A DNA stretch of 47,094 nucleotides from Gemmatimonadota bacterium (GTDB lineage: Bacteria > Latescibacterota > UBA2968 > UBA8231), in assembly GCA_038128265.1 (NCBI GenBank), contig JAYPJE010000011.1, forward strand, positions 43,312 through 90,405. Direction: 5' to 3'. Within the stretch, counting starts at the first letter, position 1. Every line of letters begins with the position of its first letter. This document shows positions 18,101 to 25,861 of this stretch, one piece after another. The translations under genes and the position numbers were made by a program. The notes beneath the pieces were generated by a model. That model did no database searches, was not told where the DNA came from, and saw only the letters and a list, made by a program, of their open reading frames with translations.

Positions 18101-18451
18101 CGCGTTAGTTTGATGGAACTTAGCCAAGAGCTCATTCAGGATGTCGATATGGCCGCCATTTTTACGCCGAATGGCGATGGCGTCAACGATGAGCTCGTCG
18201 TGCGTTTCGCCTTGCTCAAGGTGCTGGAAGAGCGTCCGCTGGGCGTGGAGATATTCGACCTGGGTGGACGTTTGGTGGGGCGCGGACAGGGAAGCGGGGC
18301 GGCCGGAATGGTTGGCGCGCAGGAGTTTCGCTGGAATGGGCTCGACGCGTCGGGGGCGTTGGTGCCCCCAGGTATGTATATTTGCCGCATCATCGTCGAA
18401 GCCGATCAGGGCGACAGTGAGTTGATGCGCATTGTCAATGTGGCATATTGA
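15110..18451 (+). CDS. Secreted type-B paralog: two discoidin-like domains, acidic repeat insert, CHU_C/FlgD-Ig-like CTD
   Basis: Signal peptide; DNNFDTYWEP, EIDLG, WYDLG, EIQLYGEGY, WSEWS, SPNPRKFLQVR, FTPNGDGVND, WNGLD, PGMY; ends VNVAY; 1113 aa. Confidence 0.8.
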   Translation: MKNRMTMCYVVLLGALWAAPALSQVGDAYRLFGNSIRVDRASHWLNWNYQNDLVGALNVPITDADIFQVDAEGIRPVFFRRNINIGPTASNFIYKDLVRAGGDLVNGGASALTNNTRAPAALDNNFDTYWEPSVASDYERRLDEAHEFSIDGMRKWELEIDLGRLVYVDSVTVIFPAGQVGDEFLGEPLKSFALFASMGERFPFPLGNSLNFSLVGQVSTNFAAGKIAQCVRDESAGYAGGTTCAGGGAEAVNALALRPTPGTDGRYVQMTFPLTPLDRADWDLDGLPDIKGTFLQYIRIKVTDSDLWRDAFLGSGEEGRAVYEALPPEQRGALVFQRSTAGGLLVELQDDENGSSARQKYEALPEEKRGPILYYSREVPRISEVQVWAKGDNYALQPEKRGGASYENGGLGAPELATDGLYDSEWQANTWSPIYLKGTAWYDLGAVFWVDNVSVVNKRINQSHQGAFLGPDILVSDGTLLKPLNMEQRDDFPQLEEGLKWDNIISAEHVDNHDQVVRIFRETFAPRKIRFLQVRDIDVTGRQSGRYGSLATLGEIQLYGEGYPVSVWAYSPPISLTDARGEFIRKTLPQISWEGDVIVRDTDPVTGQMVERIEPLENHPDVRLQVQTRTSDQTDTNFTYYEVVEIAGAEERQEVTKEVYDALVLEWVAWNVWQTLPDNKRHESRVDDDGDGVTDEDPIDLIDNDGDGLIDEDGKKLRREPRSSYDRDGELAFVGWSEWSESYAPTNGRNEATITSPNPRKFLQVRVNISSEDPFKTARVRALRVDLAPPLSLELAGELALLTDEGKGRPVTELLSLPADYSAPTGVDPLSPQIFSYFIRAAAPDPADVSVRDGFDEILIVSPMAAQLKGVRLGTVSVAEQASLIDPTALLTTAVQTDFSQFYGRGEDGSFRNEAGESLMVMQSQSDSLWLRFPNSINGSLRGGRHAIVEVQFESQSFREGIEFGSFVRSSNGEEGVFQRVDTASKDATELVESSTARVSLMELSQELIQDVDMAAIFTPNGDGVNDELVVRFALLKVLEERPLGVEIFDLGGRLVGRGQGSGAAGMVGAQEFRWNGLDASGALVPPGMYICRIIVEADQGDSELMRIVNVAY
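17168..17250 (+). repeat. Two D(D/N)DGDGxxDED acidic repeats inside the type-B protein
   Basis: DDDGDGVTDEDPIDLI-DNDGDGLIDEDG. Confidence 0.8.
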
Positions 18452-18512
18452 CGTACTTCGAGCATTTGGAATAGATTGTCAGGCAAATGCTGGTGAATAA
18501 GGGAGGGTTTTC

Positions 18513-21266
18513 GTGAACAACGCTAAAAATATTTTTCTGTTCGTAGCAGCTATGGCTCTACTTGTAGAAGCCAATGCGGCGCTTGCGCAAGAGGATTTTG
18601 GTTCGCGCTTGGGCGTGCGGCGCGGAGGCGAGTTATTCTACGAGCCAACCGGTTCGGGCGTGCTCTTTGACGCGTTGGATCCAGCGGTGAAGAAGTGGTA
18701 TGTGCCGCAGGAGCTCTTTAACGAGTACCAGTGGCGGCAGCAGGACTATACCAACTACGCCCGTCGCAAGTACGAGCGCTATGTCAATACAACCCAAGAA
18801 GGTTTTTACTTCTACGATTTGTACGGCAACTACATAACGCGCGGTCAGCTTATCTATGACTGGCGCATTTCTGCACCGCAAACGGCCGGTAGCAATCTGT
18901 TCAAGACAACGAACTTCGGTAGCTGGTTTTCCGGTGTGGTCATTGCCTCCGACCAGAAGGGGCAGTATGCCTATGCCCTGACCATTGGCGATCGCATCCG
19001 CACGACGCTGACGCCGATGACCTTTTCCAAGCCGACGTTTGCCGGTATCCAGCTAGACTTGGCCACGGATAAGTACGAGGCGACGTTTCTGGCCTCGCGG
19101 CCCTCTTCTCCCGGTGCCGTGGGTAGCACGACCGGCACGTCTACCGGCGGTGGGCGCGAGCGCTCCAACGACACCAACCTGATTGGTGGTCGAGGCACGG
19201 TGCAGATCGGCGACTTTGTCAAGCTCGGCGCGACCTATCTAAGCGCCTTTAACGCGCAGACCAAAGGGCAGGCCTTTCAGGGCAATCCCTTTAGCGGGAC
19301 GCTTACGGAAGGGCAGAACAATGCCGACGTTTCGCGCATTGAGGTTCGCCTGAGCGATGACTCGCCGGAAGACGGCCAAGCGGGTGCGGCGTACTTCCAG
19401 GAAGAGATGATCATAACGACGGTCGACGGCGGCAGGATCAGCAATCGCCGCCGGCTGGGCGAAAACAACATCCTCGATTTTCATCCGTCCGTGCAGGGCG
19501 GTTTCCGCCGCGAGGGGTTTCTCTCAGCCGATGGAAACGAAGTAATCGTCTTGGTCTACGACCTCGAGGGGCCGGAGTATCGCAACTCCTTTGGTCCGCA
19601 GCCCGAGCAGATTAAGAGCATTGAGTTTCAGCTGCTGCTGGCCAACGATTATCGAATCGACGTCACCTCAAACCGCCAGCTCAACTCAAACGGTCAGCCC
19701 GTGCTGCTATCCGAGGGCATTCCGGAGCGCACCGTGCGCGCTGACGGCAATGTCAAAGACGGTTCGAACCAGCAGTTTGTGCGCGTAAACTACGGCCTGC
19801 CGGTCGCCAACGAAATTTTCGGCGTGACCATCGACGTGACCGATGTCGGCGGTTTCTACCTCTCTGGTGAGTGGGATCGCAATCGCCAGCACTTCCGCTA
19901 TCCGCGCCGTTCGGAAAGCGATGTGACCAAGCATCGCGCCTTCAACAACGAGGCCGACGCGTGGTTTGTTAACGTCTACAAGCGCGCGTATCCCTACTTT
20001 GCATTTGGCGAAGTTTACAACGTCGACCCGGACTACAGCACCAGCGCCTATCTGGCGGGAACGCAGAACGATGCGGCCGATATCAACTACGACGACAACA
20101 CGCGCTTTGTGTACGAGTTTGTCGACGATAACGACGACCAGGACCGCAACCCCGACTGGCTGCGCTCCAACTTTTCGCAGGATACGCGCATCTTTCCGGG
20201 CTACGATGAGAACAACGACTTTGTAAACGACTTCAACCAGAACGACTCGGACGTGCGGGAAAATACGATGCCCGACTACGAGGAGCCCTTCTTGCGCTAT
20301 GCATCCGACCGGCCAGAGTTTCTCTTCGGCGTAGATATGAACAACAACGGCATTGTCGACCGCTTTGAAAACGACAACTTGCCAGACTATCTCTACAAGC
20401 GAGATCGCCGCGGATACAACGCCTATGTCGGCACGCAGCTCGGCCCCGAGGCGCGCCTGACGGTGGGACGCCTCGACGAGCGCCAGCTGGCGGATGATCG
20501 CTCCAATGTCAGCAATTACCTCATGCTGACCTACGATCGCGACTTTTCGCGCCGGGGCCGCGTGCAGGTTTTCAACAATCTGCGTCGCGTGCAGGACGAT
20601 ATTCGCGACGATATGATCGAGTGGGTGGTGCGCGAAGGGTCGCGCGGCGCGTTTGTCCCCTACACCGATCCGCTGCCCTTCCGCGATGCGTGGGCTAACA
20701 CCTTTTATTTGGGCTATCAGTATAGCAGCGATCGCCTGCAGTTCAAGAATCGCGTCAAGTGGGAGATCGTAAATCAGGTCGACTACGATCAGCGCCCGGT
20801 TGAGCAGCAAGACATACGCGAGTCGGCATCGTTCCTAGGTATTGTCAACAAACTGGACTACACCTTTGACGTGGGCATAGTCAAGTTCCAGCCGCGTTGG
20901 AAGAGTGAGTTTCAGCGCCAGCGTCCCGCCGAGAGGGAAGATTCGCAGGTGCGCGTAGCCACTACCGAACTACGCGAGCTTTTCTCGCTGATAGCGCGCG
21001 TGCCGATCCTCTCTCGCACCGAGCTACAGACCGGTGTTGAGTATTTGCTGGTTGAGCAGTATAGAGAGCAGCTCGAGGACAACCTGCTGCGCTCCGATCG
21101 CAACGAGCTCGTATACGCACTGCAGTTTACCAACAACGTCGACTATCAAGGCTATAACCTGTGGACGCAGGCGGGTTTTCGCATCGCGCGGATCGACCGC
21201 GCATCGGCTGATAAAGCGCGAACCGAGACGGCGATGTTTGTAACGGTTTACGCCGGTCTGGAATAA
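18513..21266 (+). CDS. Type-C paralog: putative large outer-membrane beta-barrel protein with acidic Ca-binding-like insert
   Basis: RBS GGGAGG, GTG start, signal peptide ending ALA; many amphipathic aromatic-rich strands; insert YEFVDDNDD...PGYDENNDF...DMNNNGIVDRFE; ends FVTVYAGLE. Barrel call is inferred. Confidence 0.65.
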   Translation: MNNAKNIFLFVAAMALLVEANAALAQEDFGSRLGVRRGGELFYEPTGSGVLFDALDPAVKKWYVPQELFNEYQWRQQDYTNYARRKYERYVNTTQEGFYFYDLYGNYITRGQLIYDWRISAPQTAGSNLFKTTNFGSWFSGVVIASDQKGQYAYALTIGDRIRTTLTPMTFSKPTFAGIQLDLATDKYEATFLASRPSSPGAVGSTTGTSTGGGRERSNDTNLIGGRGTVQIGDFVKLGATYLSAFNAQTKGQAFQGNPFSGTLTEGQNNADVSRIEVRLSDDSPEDGQAGAAYFQEEMIITTVDGGRISNRRRLGENNILDFHPSVQGGFRREGFLSADGNEVIVLVYDLEGPEYRNSFGPQPEQIKSIEFQLLLANDYRIDVTSNRQLNSNGQPVLLSEGIPERTVRADGNVKDGSNQQFVRVNYGLPVANEIFGVTIDVTDVGGFYLSGEWDRNRQHFRYPRRSESDVTKHRAFNNEADAWFVNVYKRAYPYFAFGEVYNVDPDYSTSAYLAGTQNDAADINYDDNTRFVYEFVDDNDDQDRNPDWLRSNFSQDTRIFPGYDENNDFVNDFNQNDSDVRENTMPDYEEPFLRYASDRPEFLFGVDMNNNGIVDRFENDNLPDYLYKRDRRGYNAYVGTQLGPEARLTVGRLDERQLADDRSNVSNYLMLTYDRDFSRRGRVQVFNNLRRVQDDIRDDMIEWVVREGSRGAFVPYTDPLPFRDAWANTFYLGYQYSSDRLQFKNRVKWEIVNQVDYDQRPVEQQDIRESASFLGIVNKLDYTFDVGIVKFQPRWKSEFQRQRPAEREDSQVRVATTELRELFSLIARVPILSRTELQTGVEYLLVEQYREQLEDNLLRSDRNELVYALQFTNNVDYQGYNLWTQAGFRIARIDRASADKARTETAMFVTVYAGLE

Positions 21267-21276
21267 GGAGAGAGCC

Positions 21277-22041
21277 ATGTTGAAAATCTGTTATCTGCTC
21301 TTCTTTACCGCAGCCGTCGGGTGGACAGGATGTTCGTATCGATACTACGCAGACGATTTGCAGCCGCTGAGCGAAGCGGAACAGGGCGAAAACAAAGAGG
21401 TCGCTGACGATGGCAGCGTTACCTACAATCAGGCTCGTCTGGCCATCACGCTGCGGCCGATGACGGACGAAGAGCTCAATCGTCAGTTCAGCGCCTATTC
21501 CAACGAGGGTGCTGAATCGCGCAACCCGTACACATTTGGAAACTCGGAGTATTTCCATACTGGAGACACGCCCAAGCGGTGGACGATTTTTCGCCTCAAC
21601 GTGTCCAACTACGAGTATCCCAAGGTATACCTAGATCCACAGAAGGTGTATATAACGACGTCGAACGGCCGCAAATACTATGCGCTGACCAGAGATCAAC
21701 TTTCCATCTACTATCGCCGCTACGCCGGCGGTGGCAGCGGAGGCGATTCGCCGGGCATTCCCGGCAACTCGTTTATCGTTTGGAAGGAGCGCGACGGCAT
21801 TCTGCGCAGGACGATGTATGCGGACGAGCAGATCTTTTCCGCTCAGGAGAGCGAGGGCTATATCGTCTTTGAGCCGCTGGCAAGTGACGTAGATCAATTG
21901 ACAGTGCACATCGACGATGTGGTCGTGCGCTTTGATTACAAGGGCGACCCGGTAGAGACCACCGACGTGGAGATGTTTTTTCAGCGCGAGATAGGGCGTG
22001 TGTATCCCGACGGGCGCAGGGTAGCCAATACCAGCCCCTGA
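21277..22041 (+). CDS. Hypothetical lipoprotein
   Basis: RBS AAGGAG; lipobox GWTGC; 254 aa, beta-rich; 10 nt after the type-C gene. Confidence 0.75.
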   Translation: MLKICYLLFFTAAVGWTGCSYRYYADDLQPLSEAEQGENKEVADDGSVTYNQARLAITLRPMTDEELNRQFSAYSNEGAESRNPYTFGNSEYFHTGDTPKRWTIFRLNVSNYEYPKVYLDPQKVYITTSNGRKYYALTRDQLSIYYRRYAGGGSGGDSPGIPGNSFIVWKERDGILRRTMYADEQIFSAQESEGYIVFEPLASDVDQLTVHIDDVVVRFDYKGDPVETTDVEMFFQREIGRVYPDGRRVANTSP

Positions 22042-22151
22042 GCGCGCACAACTAGTTATACGGTTTTAAGCTGTCTATATTCGGACGCGGCATCGCATTA
22101 GCGGTGTCGCGTCGCTTTGTGTTACAAGAATCGCAGAGGAGAACATAGTAG

Positions 22152-23822
22152 ATGATCCGTTATGCATGGGCGGGTTTGGCCACCGCGCTGTTGGTGAGCA
22201 GCTGTGCAGAAGAAAAGGAGATGGCCACCTCGGACTCCAGTATTGTGCGCGTTGGAGACGTTTCAATTGACGCCGCCGACGTATCGGAATTTGTCGCCAG
22301 TTTGCCAAGCCATCTACGCGCCGAAAAAGAAGATTTGAATGCGCTTCGTCAATATGCACAGGATTTGGTCGACCGCGAAATAATGCTCTTAGAGGCCGAG
22401 AGAAAACGCATCGATACGCTGCCTGAACTGGAACACATACTGGATGTAGAGACCAACAAGCGCCTGGTGCAAAAGGTGTCGTTCGAGCTAGTTGATAGCC
22501 AATTGCAGATAGATGAGGCCGAACTGCGCGAGGCCTATGATAAATTTGATTTGGGTTGGGAAGTATGGCCTGCCCACATTCTCTCAAAAAGCGAAGAAGA
22601 TGCGCGGATCGTTATTGAAGAGTTGGGTAAAGGCAGGCCCTTTTCCGAGGTAGCTAAAGAATATTCGCGGGCAGACGACGCCGTGACGGGCGGCAATTTG
22701 GGGGCATTTTTTGGGCAGGGAGATGTCGTCCCCGCTCTGCGAGAAGCGTCCTTTTTTCTCGACGAGGGCGAATACAGCGATCCTATTCGCACAAAAGACG
22801 GTTGGGAAGTTGTTAAGATTATAGAAAAGCGCCGCAAAGACTTTACGGCTGTGCGCGGCAAGATCGCTACGAGAATGGGCAAAGTCAAATGGGCCGAGCG
22901 GCGCGAGGCCGTCGTCGATTCGCTTGGCAAACTGCGCGATGTGCGCTACGAGCGCCAGCGCGTGCACGACGTGATCAGCGGACTTTTTCACAAGGGGTTA
23001 ACTCCAGAGCTCGCAGCGCGTGAGTTAATTAGCTATCGCGGTGGGCGCATTTTGGTCGGCGATGCCGTGCGCGGAATCCGCGACTTAAAAAAAGGGGCCC
23101 TGCCGCCGGACAGTACCGCCGTATTTGATGAAATCGAGCGGTGGATTCTGCCCGACTCGCTTATGGTCTTAGAGGCGCGTGCGCAAAATCGCGGTGCCGA
23201 TAGCGACGTTGTTACGCTGCGCGAGCAGCGGCGTAGAGCCCTTATGATAAACCAGCTTCGCCTCGATCGGATCGCGGGCAAAGTGACCATACCCGATGAG
23301 CGCGTTCAAGGGTATTACGAGGAATACCTCGACACATATAAAAAGCTGCCCGGTACTATTCACCTGACCGAGGTGCTCGTTGAAGAGCGCCGCGAAGCCG
23401 ATAGGGTGCTCGAACTGGCTCGCGGTGGGGAGTCTCTGGAGGCGCTGGCCGTCCGCTTTTCGGTGCGGCCCGGTATGGAAGAGTTGGGCGGGCACGCCTT
23501 TTCAGACAGTGGGCGGTTGGAGATCGCATCGCTGTACCAGTCGCCGTACCGAACTTTTTTGGGCGATAGCAACGAAAAGGACGTCGGTGTTGTGCACGGA
23601 CCACTGGAAGTACAAGATCGCTTCAGCGTTTTCCGGCTCAACCAACCTATAGTAAAGGAAGCCATTCCCTTTAAGCAGGTGCAGCGCCCCATCCGCGTTA
23701 AACTGCGAGAGCAAGCAGAGGCCAAGCTCTTTGTCGCGTATCTCGACTCGTTGCGTTCGGCCTATAGGGGCCAAGTTGAGTGGAATGAAGACGCCCTAGC
23801 GCGCTATGCTGCAAGCCGCTGA
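22152..23822 (+). CDS. PrsA/SurA-like lipoprotein foldase with two parvulin (PpiC) PPIase domains
   Basis: Lipobox VSSC; AHILSKSEEDA...FSEVAKEYS...GGNLG...SDPIRTKDGW; degenerate second domain HLTEVLV...LEALAVRFS...HGPLEV. Confidence 0.85.
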   Translation: MIRYAWAGLATALLVSSCAEEKEMATSDSSIVRVGDVSIDAADVSEFVASLPSHLRAEKEDLNALRQYAQDLVDREIMLLEAERKRIDTLPELEHILDVETNKRLVQKVSFELVDSQLQIDEAELREAYDKFDLGWEVWPAHILSKSEEDARIVIEELGKGRPFSEVAKEYSRADDAVTGGNLGAFFGQGDVVPALREASFFLDEGEYSDPIRTKDGWEVVKIIEKRRKDFTAVRGKIATRMGKVKWAERREAVVDSLGKLRDVRYERQRVHDVISGLFHKGLTPELAARELISYRGGRILVGDAVRGIRDLKKGALPPDSTAVFDEIERWILPDSLMVLEARAQNRGADSDVVTLREQRRRALMINQLRLDRIAGKVTIPDERVQGYYEEYLDTYKKLPGTIHLTEVLVEERREADRVLELARGGESLEALAVRFSVRPGMEELGGHAFSDSGRLEIASLYQSPYRTFLGDSNEKDVGVVHGPLEVQDRFSVFRLNQPIVKEAIPFKQVQRPIRVKLREQAEAKLFVAYLDSLRSAYRGQVEWNEDALARYAASR

Positions 23823-23845
23823 CGCAGCGCGCTAGGGAGCTATAG

Positions 23846-25861
23846 GTGTTAGCCATAAGGCGCTGGGGAGGGGCCGCCGCTGCGCTGGCGCTGGGTTTTT
23901 CTCTGGTTGCTGGGCTGGAATTTTTCCTGCGCGTCGCCTTTGATTTGCGTCCTCCGCCGCTGTTCATCGAGTTGGCCCGCGTCGAAGATCGCGCTCTGCG
24001 CACGGTAAATCCGGCATACGCCCGGCGCTTTTTCTCGGGGGTCGAAGTGGCCGGCATGCGCATGACGCCCCGTCCCTATGTCGAACCGCGCGCCGCCAAT
24101 GCGCTGCGCGTGGTGATAGTTGGTGGGTCGACCGTGCAGGGGTACCCCCATCCTCGCCGTCTTTCAATTTCCTCCTATGTACAAACGATGCTCGAAGAGG
24201 CCTTGCCCGGCCGTGCGCCCGAGGTATTTAATATGGGCATTACGGCTATATCGAGTTTTGCCGTTGCGCGCACGGTAGAAGACGCGATGGAATTGAAGCC
24301 CGACGTCGTGGTTGTATACACCGGACACAACGAAATCTACGGAGTCTACGGTTCGGCATCGCTCAGCCAGGGCGGCTCGTCGATCTGGATGAAAGGGCTG
24401 CACTATCGCCTGATGCAGTGGGGGCTGACTTCGCTCGTGCGACGGGCTTTGCATCCTCTTAACGACGAATCCAGCGCGCCTCCAGCCTCGCTATTGCGCG
24501 TGATGTCCGCTGCGGGCAGCGTCGCGGCCAGCGACGGGCGACGCAGTGCCGCAGAAGAGAATATCCGAGCCAACCTGCGCGCCATCGCCCAGACATGCAG
24601 CGAAAACGGCGTGCCGCTCGTCTTATGCACCGTGGCGAGCAATGAACGAGGCTTCGCCCCGAGCTATGCCGAACCGGAAATGGATGGTCAAGCACTCGGT
24701 GCCTGGCAGGAGCTGATGGCAGGCGGCATCGAGACCTATGAGCAAGGGCGTTTTGCCGAGGCGCTGGATGTTTTTGACGAAGCTCTTGAGCAGGCACCGG
24801 CCAGTGCTTGGGCGCACTTTTATCGCGGGCGCTGTTTGGAAGCGCTCGGCCGCAGTGCGCAGGCTCGGCGCGCGTATGTAGCGGCGCGTGATACGGACCC
24901 CACGCCCTGGCGTGCTAGCAGCGCGCTCAACGAGGCTATTCGCGCAGTGGCGCGCGCAGGGGACGTTGCACTGGTCGATGGCGAGGCGCTATTGGCCGAG
25001 CACAGTCCTCCCGCCGGGATCGGTTGGGAGCTCATGGCCGATCACGTGCACCCTACGGCGCAGGGGCAGGTTTTGCTGGCCCGCGGTGTGGCAGAAGCGC
25101 TCGTTGGCATCGCAGCTGACGATACCGCCGGCGCTGAAATCCGGCGGACCGACAGGGCCTACCGCACGCTCCAGGGCGATTTGCCGCTCGAGCAGCTGGC
25201 CGTACTGCACGATATGCATATTCTGCTCAGTGAAGAGCCCATGAGTCTGGGCAACGAGGAGCAGGCGGGAGCGCTGGCCGCACGCGCCGATTCTCTCTGG
25301 GGCACCTTGAGCGCGGCAGAGCAAAGTGCCTACCAGCGCTGGCGTCAGGGAACGGGGCCGGCGATCCTCGCGCTCAACGCGGCCGATCAGCTCTTTGCCA
25401 ACGGGGAGGTCGAGCGCGCAGCGCAGTACTATCGTGCGGCTAGCCTGGAAGAGCCGTTTACCCCGTGGGGCGATATGTGGGCGACATTGCGCTGGGGGCG
25501 CAGTCGACAGGTGCTGGCCGGCGAGCTGAGCGAAGGGGAAAGAGGCGCTATACGCGCCATGCAGGTGCGCCTTTCTCTACTCGAGCACAGCGGCGGATTC
25601 TCGCCTGGATTGGCTGCATTTTTTTCCGGCTACGCCCACTACTTGCTGGGAGAAGACGGTGTTGAGTTGCTGGAAGAATCGCTGGCGGATGCCCAGGTGC
25701 GTCGGCTATTTTTCTACGACTTGCTGGCTATTTTGTGCGAGAAATTGCCCGAACAGGGCCGTGTAGCCGACGCTGAACGCTACGTGCGCGCGGTAACAGA
25801 CGAACTGGGACAGGCAGACTACGGGCGCTTTCTACTTGCTCAGCTAGCGCGCCGTCGCTAG
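23846..25861 (+). CDS. SGNH/GDSL hydrolase with TPR insert and N-terminal membrane anchor
   Basis: GGSTVQG, NMG, YTGHNE and DHVHPT blocks; TPR FAEALDVFDEAL...AHFYRGRCLEALG. Confidence 0.8.
   Translation: MLAIRRWGGAAAALALGFSLVAGLEFFLRVAFDLRPPPLFIELARVEDRALRTVNPAYARRFFSGVEVAGMRMTPRPYVEPRAANALRVVIVGGSTVQGYPHPRRLSISSYVQTMLEEALPGRAPEVFNMGITAISSFAVARTVEDAMELKPDVVVVYTGHNEIYGVYGSASLSQGGSSIWMKGLHYRLMQWGLTSLVRRALHPLNDESSAPPASLLRVMSAAGSVAASDGRRSAAEENIRANLRAIAQTCSENGVPLVLCTVASNERGFAPSYAEPEMDGQALGAWQELMAGGIETYEQGRFAEALDVFDEALEQAPASAWAHFYRGRCLEALGRSAQARRAYVAARDTDPTPWRASSALNEAIRAVARAGDVALVDGEALLAEHSPPAGIGWELMADHVHPTAQGQVLLARGVAEALVGIAADDTAGAEIRRTDRAYRTLQGDLPLEQLAVLHDMHILLSEEPMSLGNEEQAGALAARADSLWGTLSAAEQSAYQRWRQGTGPAILALNAADQLFANGEVERAAQYYRAASLEEPFTPWGDMWATLRWGRSRQVLAGELSEGERGAIRAMQVRLSLLEHSGGFSPGLAAFFSGYAHYLLGEDGVELLEESLADAQVRRLFFYDLLAILCEKLPEQGRVADAERYVRAVTDELGQADYGRFLLAQLARRR

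Noticed and set aside
19707..20810. 367-aa antisense ORF in family C, and similar long antisense ORFs at 2318-3205, 9495-10340, 36468-37097 and 39194-40135
   Set aside because: Typical GC-rich antisense frames with no motifs, lying opposite well-supported genes.
18513..21266. Family C as a SusC/TonB-dependent transporter (PUL)
   Set aside because: No recognisable TonB box, plug motifs or terminal Phe; no SusD-like gene or glycoside hydrolase seen. Not fully excluded without structure prediction.
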